A stretch of DNA of 64,000 bases, from assembly GCA_964016885.1 (NCBI GenBank), contig OZ024747.1, forward strand, positions 17,980,001 to 18,044,000, given 5' to 3'. Origin of the DNA: Eledone cirrhosa. Its lineage: Eukaryota. Shown here in pieces: positions 1 through 18,724 of the stretch. The stretch's first letter is position 1; each line of letters begins with the position of its first letter. The notes beneath the pieces are model-generated. The model searched no databases and was not told the origin of the DNA. It saw nothing but the letters and a program-made list of their open reading frames with translations. The position numbers and the translations under genes were made by a program.

Positions 1-38
1 TATACATACATACATACATATATACATACATATATATA

Positions 39-360
39 TGGTGGCTGCCAACTCGTTTTCGAGTACGGCCACTACTTTATATCCATGTAGGAGAACCCCT
101 ACCGAAGAGCTGAACGAGTGTGCCTTTTTAGTCCAGCCAGCGACTTGAGAACTCTGGTACAAACACTACACTTGTGACAATTATTGACACATAGTGCTGG
201 GCCCATGGTACCATGTGAGGACAAGTGCAGAGAGATCTCCAGATATAAAGCAATGCCTGTGCCGTGAAGCTTTTATAGTGAGCAAAAGCACTGCACAAAG
301 CCAGTCCCACTCTCTTAACCAAGATGATATTTACCAAAAAGAAGAACAAGTCAACATCAT
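39..360 (-). mobile_element. ~600 bp non-autonomous RTE-like retroelement, copy 1 (cut by gap)
   Basis: near-identical to 2167-2762, 5635-6242, 12393-13002; same terminal hairpin ACTCG-TTTT-CGAGT. Confidence 0.8.
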
Positions 361-560
361 NNNNNNNNNNNNNNNNNNNNNNNNNNNNNNNNNNNNNNNN
401 NNNNNNNNNNNNNNNNNNNNNNNNNNNNNNNNNNNNNNNNNNNNNNNNNNNNNNNNNNNNNNNNNNNNNNNNNNNNNNNNNNNNNNNNNNNNNNNNNNNN
501 NNNNNNNNNNNNNNNNNNNNNNNNNNNNNNNNNNNNNNNNNNNNNNNNNNNNNNNNNNNN
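361..560. other. assembly gap (200 N)
   Basis: run of N. Confidence 1.
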
Positions 561-2166
<1,606 letters not shown>

Positions 2167-2762
2167 TGGTGGCTGCCAACTCGTTTTCGAGTATGGCCAC
2201 TACTTTATATCCATGTAGGAGAACCCCTACCGAAGAGCTGAACGAGTGTGACTTTTGAGTCCAGCCAGTGACTTGAAAACTCTGGTACAAACACTACACC
2301 TGTGACAATTATTGACACACAGTGCTGGGCCCATGGTACCAGGTGACGACAAGTGCAGAGAGATCTCCAGATATAAAGCAATGCCTGTGCCGTGAAGCTT
2401 TTATAGTGAGCAAATCCACTGCACAAAGCCAGTCCCACTCTCTTAACCAAGATGATATTTACCAAAAAGAAGAACAAGTCAACATCATTGGATACCATCA
2501 GGGTTGCAGGTGTTATATCAGAGTTTTCCTTCTCCTAGAATTCTGCCTTGACAAAGGCTAAGGGGTCATCTCTCCCGGTGATTTTGGATGGCCATTAAGA
2601 GCTCCTTTGACAGGTTTTGTTATTAGTCCTGCAGGATGTCCAAAGTCACCCTCCTCACCAAGAGAACTTGGTGGGGTTGCCAGTTTAGTCGCCAACTACC
2701 CGACCATGAAACAGGTTGTACTGGGATACATGTTACCAGTAGCACCAACTGGTGACCTGACA
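2167..2762 (-). mobile_element. ~600 bp non-autonomous RTE-like retroelement, copy 2
   Basis: repeat copy; minus strand has AGAAGGAAAACTCTGAT (resembles RTE 5'UTR motif, from memory), zinc-finger remnant and 3' stem-loop; TA repeats both sides. Confidence 0.8.
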
Positions 2763-2931
2763 TATACATACATATATATATATACATATACATATATACA
2801 TATAATGTAGGAGGTGAGTTTTATTGTAGTACAATAAAGCAATGCAGATATCGGATAAGAAGCACTCTACAGTTTGTAGGACTGGAGTATGCATAATATA
2901 AGATCAAAAGATGGTTAAAGGAGTTCCATGT

Positions 2932-3000
2932 ATTTTATTATGCGCATTTCAAAAACAAACATCATCATGCAATAATATTTGTGTTTTCATCAGATAAAAC
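2932..3000 (-). ncRNA. minimal type I hammerhead ribozyme motif (Penelope-type)
   Basis: minus strand GUUUUAU-CUGAUGA-[AAACACAAAUAU...AUGUUUGUUUUU stem II]-GAAA-UGCGCA-UA/AUAAAAU; intact core, palindromic stem III, 6-7 bp stem I. Confidence 0.8.
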
Positions 3001-3109
3001 AGGAGAACATGATATGAAGGCTAAAAAACACTTGTGGATAGTGCAGTTTTAAATCTACATATGAAAAGTGGTTTTAGATTGATGTGTGATATTGGGAAAA
3101 ATATTTTAT

Positions 3110-3845
3110 TTAGAGAGGGGGGGGGGATGAAAAAGGGGGAGGAGATGAGAGGGAGAGATGGGTGATAGAGAGAAAGAGATAGCTTTTATAACTGAGAGGA
3201 GATATACTGTCCCACACAGAGAGGTTGAAAACCGTTGGAAGATAATGTATAAACCCCAAAAAATTTTTGAAAATGAGGAAAAAGTATTTTATTTAAGGAG
3301 GGGGGCTGGAAAGGATGAAAAAAAGGGGGAGGAGATGAGAGTGAAGGTGGAGAGGGAGAGATGGGCGATAGAGAGAAAGAGATAGTTTTTATAACTGAGA
3401 GAAAGATACATTGCCTTACACAGAGAGGTTGAGAAACCGTTGGAAGATAATGTATAAATTAAAGGAATTTGAAAATTAACGAAGGGAATTTATGTATGAA
3501 GATAGAGAGAAGAAATAATAATTGTGGATGAATATTCTAACGTCAAAAAAAAAAAAAAAAGGGTATGTTGTGGCAATTTCAAAATTAACGAAGAGAAAAA
3601 TTATTAAGGTTTGTGTGTAGAAGGATTTGAGAAAAATAATGTGAAGTTAAAGTTTGTATATAGGAGGAATTGATAATATATGCGAATAGAGTTAATATGT
3701 ATTAAGAATGAGTTCGTTGATGGGGAGAAAAAAAAAGTAAATTAAGGATGAAATTGAGATTAAAAAGATTTATGAGAGAGAGAAAAAAATAATGATTGCG
3801 GATAAATATTTTAACGTCAAAAAAAAAAAAACAGATGTATATGTT
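3110..3845. repeat. purine-rich low-complexity tract with internal direct duplications
   Basis: ~3121-3252 resembles ~3311-3457; ~3513-3560 resembles ~3787-3831. Confidence 0.75.
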
Positions 3846-4013
3846 ATGAATGATTTTACAAGGTGAAGATAGAGTGAGGGTAATGAGTAAACAAGTATTA
3901 TAGAGTGTATAAAGCCCTTTAAAGTATGGTAGGAAGATGGGTATATTTTAAAGAGGTGTATGTATATGTGCCTTTGAGAAAAGATTCTAAATTGATAAAG
4001 AATTGAATATTAA

Positions 4014-4024
4014 CTATATACATA

Positions 4025-4058
<34 letters not shown>

Positions 4059-4125
4059 CATATATACATATACATATACACATATATAGATATACATATA
4101 TATATATACATATATATATATACAC

Positions 4126-4174
<49 letters not shown>

Positions 4175-4183
4175 CATATATAC

Positions 4184-4214
<31 letters not shown>

Positions 4215-5129
4215 CATATATACATATATATATATATACATATATACATATATACATATACATATATACATATATACATATATATACATATATACATATA
4301 TACATATATACATATATACATATACATATATACATATATACATATACACATATATACATATATATATATACATATATATATATACATATATATATATACA
4401 TATATATATATATACATATATATATATACATATATATATATACATATATATATATATACATATATATATACATATATATATATACATATATATATACATA
4501 TATATATATACATATATATATACATATATATATATACATATATATATACATATACATATATATATACATATATATATACATATATATATATACATATATA
4601 TATATACATATACATATATATATACATATATATATATACATATATATATATACATATATATATACATATATATATATACATATATATATACATATATATA
4701 TATACATATATATATATACATATATATATACATATATATATACATACATATATATATACATACATATATATATATATACATATATATATACATATACATA
4801 CATACATATATATATATATACATATATATATACATATATATATACATATATACATATATATATACATATATATATACATATATACATATATATATACATA
4901 TATATATACATATATATATACATATACATATATACATATACATATATACATATATATATATACATATATATATACATATATACATATATATATATACATA
5001 TATATATACATATATATATACATATATATATATATACATATATATATACATATATATATATATACATATATATATATACATATATATATATACATATATA
5101 TATATACATATATATATACATATATATAT

Positions 5130-5162
<33 letters not shown>

Positions 5163-5634
5163 TATATACATATATATATACATACATATATATATATACA
5201 TATATATATATACATATATATATATACATATATATATATACATATATATATACATATATATATATATACATATATATATACATATATATATACATATATA
5301 TATATACATATATATATACATATATATATATATACATATATATATACATATATATATATACATATATATATACATATATATATACATATATATATATACA
5401 TATACATATATATATATATACATATATATACATATATACATATATATATACATATATATATACATATACATATACATATATATACATATATATATACATA
5501 TATATATACATATATACATATATATATACATATATATATACATATATACATATATATATACATATATATATACATATATACATATATATATACATATATA
5601 TATACATATATACATATATATATACATATATATA
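4014..5634. repeat. (TA)n/TACA microsatellite array
   Basis: direct reading. Confidence 0.98.
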
Positions 5635-6242
5635 TGGTGGCTGCCAACTCGTTTTCGAGTACGGCCACTACTTTATATCCATGTAGGAGAACCCCTACCG
5701 ATGCGCTGAACGAGTGTGACTTTTTAGTCCAGCCAGCGACTTGAAAACTCTGGTACAAACACTACACTTGTGACAATTATTGACACATAGTGCTGGGCCC
5801 ATGGTACCATGTGATGACAAGTGCAGAGAGATCTCCAGATATAAAGCAATGCCTGTGCTGTGAAGCTTTTATAGTGAGCAAAGGCACTGCACAAAGCCAG
5901 TCCCACTCTCTTAACCAAGATGATATTTACCAAAAAGAAGAACAAGTCAACATCATTGGATACCATCAGGGTTGCAGGTGTTATATCAGAGTTTTCCTTC
6001 TCTTAGAATTCTGCCTTGACAAAGGCTAAGGGGTCATCTCTCCCAGTGATTTCGGATGGCCATTGACTCTTAAGAGCTCCTTTGCCTTCGACAGGTTTTG
6101 TTTTAGTCCTGCAGGATGTCCAAAGTCACCCTCCTCACCAAGAAACCTTGGTGGGGTTGCCAGTTTAGTCGCCAACAACCCGACCATGAGACAGGTTGTA
6201 CTGGGATACATGTTACCAGTAGCACCAAGTGGTGACCTGACA
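5635..6242 (-). mobile_element. ~600 bp non-autonomous RTE-like retroelement, copy 3
   Basis: repeat copy; minus strand encodes [23 protein letters not shown] (C2H2 finger, stop 5697-5695). Confidence 0.8.
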
Positions 6243-9290
<3,048 letters not shown>

Positions 9291-9834
9291 CTCTTTTACC
9301 TGTTTCAGCCATCCGGCTGAGGCCATGCTGGGGCACCGCCCTTGTTGCTACACATTTTATCTCCAACCTGTATAGGTTGGCCACTGGTGTAGGAGGGAGT
9401 TTGTTGCTGCTGCCCTTAGGTTTCCCTCGTGTCTTGCTGTGGGCTCATCCGGGATCCTGGATAACAAGGTGTCGAGATGTTTCTTAAAGACATCCACCTC
9501 CACGTCATGCAAGTCTCGCAGATGCCTCGGCAGCCTGTTGAAGAGTTGAGGGCCCTTGAATCCCAGGCTATTGCAATACCTGCTCCTTATTCTAGATGTG
9601 GAAGACGGGACCTTTGCACCACACAGTGACGTCCTGTTCGACGGTTGGTCCAGCTCCCAATGCCAAAGTTTGGTGCTAGTCCCTCCAGGATTTTCCACAT
9701 GTAGATCACTGCGTATCTCTCCCGTCTTCGCTCCAAGGAGTAGAGGTTCAGTTCCTTCAGCCTCTCCCAGTAGCTTGTCTCCCTCATCTTGGCAATCCTC
9801 TTGGTGTAGCTTCGCTGGATTGCCTCAAGCTCTG
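9291..9834 (-). mobile_element. 5'-truncated CR1-group LINE 3' end (ORF2 C-terminus + tail)
   Basis: [13 protein letters not shown]...[32 protein letters not shown], frameshift, then FNRLPRHLR...[16 protein letters not shown]; tail GGCGGTGCCCCAGCATGGCC...GAAACAGGTAAAAGAG. Confidence 0.85.
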
Positions 9835-12392
<2,558 letters not shown>

Positions 12393-13002
12393 TGGTGGCT
12401 GCCAACTCGTTTTCGAGTACGGCCACTACTTTATATCCATGTAGGAGAACCCCTACCGATGCGCTGAACGAGTGTGACTTTTTAGTCCAGCCAGCGACTT
12501 GAAAACTCTGGTACAAACACTACACCTGTGACAATTACTGACACATAGTGCTGGGCCCATGGTACCATGTGACGACAAGTGCAGAGAGATCTCCAGATAT
12601 AAAGCAATGCCTGTGCCGTGAAGCTTTTATAGTGAGCAAAGGCACTGCACAAAGCCAGTCCCACTCTCTTAACCAAGATGATATTTACCAAAAAGAAGAA
12701 CAAGTCAACATCATTGGATACCATCAGGGTTGCAGGTGTTATATCAGAGTTTTCCTTCTCCTAGAATTCTGCCTTGACAAAGGCTAAGGGGTCATCTCTC
12801 CCGGTGATTTTGGATGGCCATTGACTCTTAAGAGCTCCTTTGCCCTTTGACAGGTTTTGTTTTTAGTCCTGCAGGATGTCCAAAGTCACCCTCCTCACCA
12901 AGAAACCTTAGTGGGGTTGCCAGTTTAGTCGCCAACGACCCGACCATGAGACAGGTTGTACTGGGATACATGTTACCAGTAGCACCAAGTGGTGACCTGA
13001 CA
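12393..13002 (-). mobile_element. ~600 bp non-autonomous RTE-like retroelement, copy 4
   Basis: repeat copy with intact C2H2 remnant and 3' stem-loop. Confidence 0.8.
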
Positions 13003-13071
13003 TGTATATATACATATATATATATATACATATACATATATATATACATATATATATATACATATATATAC

Positions 13072-13103
<32 letters not shown>

Positions 13104-13223
13104 ATACATATATATATATACATATATATATACATATATATACATATATATATATATATATACATATATATACATATACATATATATATACATATATATA
13201 CATATACATATATATACATATAC

Positions 13224-13329
<106 letters not shown>

Positions 13330-13333
13330 TTAT

Positions 13334-13669
13334 GGAGGCACATGGCTTAGTGGTTAGAGCATTGGGCTTGCAATCGAAAGGTTGTGAGTTCAATTCTCAG
13401 ACCGGGTGATGTGTTGTTTCCTTGAGCAAGACACTTTATTTCACATTGCTCCAGTTTACTCAGCTGTAGAAATGAGATGATAGGGACTGGGGTCCCTATC
13501 ATTCCACTGCAAAGTGGTCGTGTAGGTGCCACGGCAAAAAAGCACCCAGCACTCACTGTAAATGAGGTTGGTGTTAGGAAGGGCATCCAGCTGTAGAAAT
13601 CAAGCCAGAATCAGTTCCCGTCCCACCCTTGCAAGCAAGGAGAAGCGGACGTAAAATGATGATGATGAT
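13334..13669 (+). mobile_element. tRNA-derived SINE with RTE-type tail
   Basis: A box TGGCTTAGTGG, B box GTTCAATTC, CCTTGAGCAAGACACTT core, tail matches RTE 3' end at 21668-21725, (ATG)n terminus. Confidence 0.9.
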
Positions 13670-14080
<411 letters not shown>

Positions 14081-14366
14081 GCCTTGGTCTATAGTAATTA
14101 GAGGATTATAATCCTAAAAGAAAGAGTATGTAGGTTTAGCAACTGAAGCATTGTAATTGTGACCAAGCCACATTTTATTTTGGTGTATATTAATAAACCA
14201 AAATTATTGAGAACAAAGCTAAATATAGAGACAAGGTCGGAATAATTGCCTTTAGCATTGTATCGATCTAATTCCCTATTATATATATATCAAGATGAAA
14301 TCAGTTTGAAACTGGTAGGACCATTACTCAACAGAGTACTCGATACTTGGAGTAGTAGAGTGTGGT

Positions 14367-14490
14367 TATATTATAAAGATTTGGAACCCGACTGCTGTGC
14401 TTTTACTGTTTCATCAGCTAGTTCCAGGTCTGATACTAACTGTTGATACAGCAAGATCACAGCAGTCGGGTCTCGACACTTTATAATATA
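14367..14490. repeat. imperfect inverted repeat (foldback)
   Basis: TATATTATAAAG/CTTTATAATATA and ACCCGACTGCTGTG/CACAGCAGTCGGGT arms. Confidence 0.85.
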
Positions 14491-14500
14491 ATATAATATA

Positions 14501-14544
<44 letters not shown>

Positions 14545-14546
<2 letters not shown>

Positions 14547-14892
14547 ACACACGACCGTGACCTCTGGCGTCACGCAGTAATACAGAAGACCCGACTCCCC
14601 ACGGGTACAAGCCGAAGCTGAAACATATAGGCAATATGCCCCCACGCCCTCCCACTGCAAAAAAGTACCCAACCCACACTGTAAAGTGGACGTGTAGGTA
14701 CCACGGAAAAAAGCACCCAAGACTCACTGTAAATGAGGTTGGTGTTAGGAAGGGCATCCAGCTGTAGAAATCAAGCCAGAATCAGTTCCCGTATGAGCAA
14801 GACATGGTCAGCCGACCAGACACTGCCCACAACAGGACAACCCATCTAACCCATGCAAGCATGGAAGAACGGACATAAAACGGTGATGATGA

Positions 14893-14896
<4 letters not shown>
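14545..14896 (+). mobile_element. 5'-truncated copy of RTE/SINE-body chimeric element
   Basis: colinear with 19527-19898, starts inside RTE ORF end, ends in (GAT)n, TA-flanked. Confidence 0.85.
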
Positions 14897-14935
<39 letters not shown>

Positions 14936-15336
14936 TATATAAAATAGTGTTTACAAAATCAACCAATGTTGTCTAGCAACAACACAAGTCGAATAAATTA
15001 TAGTTGGCCCATTTCCAGAAATAAATTCTTGTATCAGAGTGCTTTAGAATTTAGCAGGGAAACAACAGGGAATGAACAAAATCTAAATGATATATATATA
15101 TATATATATATAAAATCTAAATGATATATATATATATATATAAAATCTAAATGATATATATATATATAATCATAGGAATATTTATATATGTTTAATACAA
15201 TTATAAATATGGAGGGTAGTACTAAGTACTAGCTGGTTACCGGTATGACAAAAGGCTCAATGCAAATTATCAAGTGTTTTACAGAGCCGAGATACAAAGT
15301 GTTAAAACGATCAAATTTTAGTTTAGAACATTTATT

Positions 15337-15383
15337 TGCTGACAATTGTTTCTTCCAGGGGGAAGTCTGGGATCATCAGAGCA
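15337..15383 (-). ncRNA. minimal type I hammerhead ribozyme motif
   Basis: UGCU-CUGAUGA-UCCCAG(ACUUCCCC)CUGGAA-GAAA-CAAUUG-UC/AGCA; GUC cleavage triplet, palindromic stem III. Confidence 0.78.
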
Positions 15384-15566
15384 TAGAGAATGTCAAGACA
15401 TGTGACTAAAATCCTAGTCATTGAGAACATTTAGGATACATAAGCGTTGTTAGTGTCATAGTTTAACTCTTGACTCTCCACATGATGTCTATGACACTAA
15501 CAACGCTTATGTATCCTAAATGTTCTGAATGACTAGGATTTTAGTCACATGTCTTGACATTCCATA

Positions 15567-15613
15567 TGCTCCGATGATTTCAGACTTCCCTCTGGAAGAA
15601 ACAATTGTCAGCA
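15567..15613 (+). ncRNA. minimal type I hammerhead ribozyme motif (U4C core variant)
   Basis: UGCU-CCGAUGA-UUUCAGA(CUUCCC)UCUGGAA-GAAA-CAAUUG-UC/AGCA. Confidence 0.68.
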
Positions 15614-15772
15614 AATAAATGTTCTAAACTAAAATTTGATCGTTTTAACACTTTCTATATATATATATATATGTGTGTGTGTATATATATATATATATAA
15701 TTGTTTATATTATAAATAATATTCAAACCCAAATTAAATGAGAACTTATAGTTCCCTAACTTCCAAACTTAC

Positions 15773-15860
15773 TATGTATTTTTAATTCTAGCTTCTTACA
15801 TTGGTCCGTCTTCTGATGCAGTAAAGACACTACTTCTTCTCTCGAACAATTCTCTCTTGA
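15773..15860 (-). CDS. GOLGA1: golgin-97 (golgin A1) coding exon 3; gene continues left of window
   Basis: AG/GTAAGT flanks; SRENCSREEVVSLLHQKTDQCKKLELKIH resembles golgin-97 [24 protein letters not shown]; phases consistent. Confidence 0.85.
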
Positions 15861-16754
15861 CTAGAAAAAGAAAAGAAAAAGAAAACAAATAAGAATTAGT
15901 AGAAAATATTTTTAAAATCTTAACACTAAATTAAACAAGAATACATACAACTATTTTAAAACTGAGGCAAGTTTGTTGTTTCATTTAGAAAGAAAATCAA
16001 AAGAATGTTTTATAAAGCAATTGCAATAAATACTAATACATGACAATGAAGAACACAGATGGTCAAGCTGGTAAGGTACTGAATGACCAGCCAAGAGAGG
16101 ATTGGTGATTCATATCATGTCACCAGCAAATACTGTATGATGACCATGGAGAAATCAATTAGCTTTTAATAGCTAAGTCTACCTAGCTATAAATAGGTAC
16201 AGGGTAGTTGTTGTTTAATCCCAGCTCAACTCTGAGTAGACAAGATGATCAAAAACATTTCACTCATGACTATCTCATTTTCTTTCAGACATAGTAGATT
16301 TGAGACTATATTATCCAAGGTGTCCTTCCATTGTGGTTTGAAGGAGATTTAGCTGCTATTTCTAGTAAGCTGATTGACCACACAGAGGTTCCTCTCTTTA
16401 ACCCTTTCGATACGAACCTTAAAACTGGCTTTGGTTCTATGAAACAAAATCATCCATTTTAAAGGGTTCCTATTTAAATTAAAATCTTCCAACAAAGAAA
16501 CCCATGCAAACTAAATGTTAAACTGTGATGAAGATGATGCTTTCTATTTCAGAAATAGATTAAAAAGAGACAACAGTAAAGGAAAGTAAAAAATAAAACT
16601 ACTAATATGTTAAAGGCTGGCATAGATGTATAGTTAAGAAGTTCACTATGCAACCATGTGACTCTAGATATAAACCCAGTATATTCCAGCTTGGGCATGT
16701 ACCATTTACTATTTTCTTGGACCAATAAATGTCTTGAGCGTGAATTTAGTAGAT

Positions 16755-17099
16755 GGAGGCACATGGCTTAGTGGTTAGAGCATTGGCCTTGCAATCGAAA
16801 GGTTGTGAGTTCAATTCTCAGACCGGGTGATGTGTTGTTTCCTTGAGCAAGACACTTTATTTCACATTGCTCCAGTTTACTCAGCTGTAGAAATGAGATG
16901 ATAAGGACTGGGGTCCCTATCATTCCACTGCAAAGTGGTCGTGGAGGTGCCACGGCAAAAAAAGCACCCAGCACTCACTGTAAATGAGGTTGGTGTTAGG
17001 AAGGGCATCCAGCTGTAGAAATCAAGCCAAAATCAGTTCCCGTCCCACCTTTGCAAGCAGGGAAAAAGCGGACGTAAAATGAAATGATGATGATGATGA
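16755..17099 (+). mobile_element. tRNA-derived SINE with RTE-type tail
   Basis: near-identical to 13334-13669. Confidence 0.9.
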
Positions 17100-17287
17100 A
17101 ACCTGCCATGTGTGTGTGCATGCGTATATATATGTGTGTCAGTTGCTGCATATGACTGTTCAAAAAATAAGCAGTGACATGTTTATGTCTTTTGTAAACA
17201 ATAGTAACACAGCATACAGATGTAGCAAAATTGTCTCAAAAACGTCTTATCCAACCTATACTGTGTTGTAAAAACAACAAAACTTAC

Positions 17288-17400
17288 CGTGATATCTTCA
17301 CTGGACTGACTGTTTGGTGATGCAGCACTGCTTAAACCTGAATCAGTATCTGGTGGCCACTCTTTCCCAGGTTGACTGGTCTGAGATGTAAACAGGGATC
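17288..17400 (-). CDS. GOLGA1: golgin-97 coding exon 2
   Basis: TTTATTTAG acceptor, GTAAGT donor; GSLFTSQTSQPGKEWPPDTDSGLSSAASPNSQSSEDIT in frame with flanking exons. Confidence 0.8.
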
Positions 17401-18348
17401 CTAAATAAAGAAACAAGAATTGAACTGGCAGTACAAGCTATACATACACAGAGAAACACACAGGCATACAAACACACAGATACACAAACAAACACACACA
17501 CAGACACAAAGACACATAACTGCAAATATGAAGAGTTACTGTACAGTCACAGGCATGGCTGTGTCGTTAAGATGTTTACTTCACAATCCCAAGGATTTTA
17601 GTTCAATTACACTGCACAGCACCTTTGGCCGTTTTGTATTTTTACTATAGCCTCAAACTAACAAATATGTTATGAATGAATTTGGTAGACAGAAACTGCA
17701 AAGAAGTCCATTGTGTATGTCAATGTATGTTTGTGTCAGTCTCAACCTGTGTCTTCATATAGACATGATTTAAGGCAAGTGATAACATTTGTTTATGCTC
17801 TGCAGTTTAGAGGTCAGGCAAAGGTCAGTGGCCTAAAGTGCACACCTCAGAGAGGCACTTTACTGAAGATTACAGGATCAGAATTTTATACAAATTTGTA
17901 TAATTAAAATAAATAGGTAATAATTTCCTCTGATCAATAAATAAATCACTAAACATCTTTGCCACAGCAACATTATGAAAATATTTAAAGTGGTGGAGTT
18001 GGTTGCATGATGTTACAGTCTGCCACGTATGGTATGGGTGAGTGTGGACTGTGTGGTAGGAAATGCAAGCTTAGTAATTTTCTAAGCATAGTCAAAACAA
18101 TAAGTATCAAAAACTAGGTTCATCGGCTAACCAAACTGAAGTTGAAATTATTTTATTTGGGAGGAGGGGGGGGGGGGGGAGAGACATTGTAGAACTATTC
18201 TAAAGCGATAAATACCCAGACACCAGTGTTCTGTTTATAAAGCAGTGCCCTTCCCTCTCTGATTAAACAGTAAAATAAAAATAACAATAATCCAATTAAT
18301 ATTAAATTCAGAAAGTTAAATAATCTAAGAAAATTTAATTATACAAAC

Positions 18349-18463
18349 CTTGAACTCTGTTGACTGGACTTGCAAGTCCTGGTCCACCACTAATAAAAGG
18401 CTTGTCCGCATCATTCACATTACCTCCTTCTTCTTGGATCCGTTTTTTTAATCGAGCAAACAT
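18349..18463 (-). CDS. GOLGA1: golgin-97 first coding exon
   Basis: MFARLKKRIQEEGG... matches golgin-97 N-terminus MFAKLKKKIAEE; acceptor TTTTCAG 5 nt before ATG; GT donor. Confidence 0.85.
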
Positions 18464-18499
18464 CTTCCCTGAAAAGAGTTCATAAAATCACCATATCAC

Positions 18500-18720
18500 A
18501 ACAGAAATACTACTGGTATAGTAATTGTCATAGTACAGTGACATAATATTGGCATTGTCACTAACAGGGATACAACAGCAATAACTCGCATAGTAGAGAT
18601 ACTACATGGCAGTTATTGGCATAGTAACTAATATAGTAGAGATACTACATGGCAGTTATTGGCATAGTAACTAACATAGTACAGCGATAATATATAACAG
18701 CAGCTATTGGCATAGTAATT
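18500..18720. repeat. ~43 bp minisatellite (similar sequence resumes ~19900-20010 after RTE insertion)
   Basis: ATAGTAGAGATACTACATGGCAGTTATTGGCATAGTAACTAA repeated. Confidence 0.7.
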
Positions 18721-18724
18721 TAAT

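Larger units (their letters stand above)
15296..15654. repeat. long inverted repeat, 166 bp arms (15296-15461 / 15489-15654), Penelope pLTR-like
   Basis: 7 mismatches between arms by manual alignment; 27 bp spacer; each arm carries a hammerhead motif. Confidence 0.95.

Noticed and set aside
39-360. Copy 1 as a false duplication next to the gap
   Set aside because: It differs from copies 2-4 at several positions, so it is probably a distinct copy (an allelic artefact is not fully excluded).
2322-2561. Repeated 79-97 aa ORFs (MLGPWY..., MVSNDV...) in the 600 bp element
   Set aside because: Conserved only because the copies are young; no recognisable domain. The meaningful frame is the zinc-finger remnant.
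13334-13405. tRNA-like A/B boxes
   Set aside because: SINE head with no complete cloverleaf; not a tRNA gene.
14288-14325. AAGATGA-AATCAGTTT-GAAACTGGTA hammerhead-like string
   Set aside because: Core CUGA is not intact and stem I is unconvincing; at most a decayed motif.
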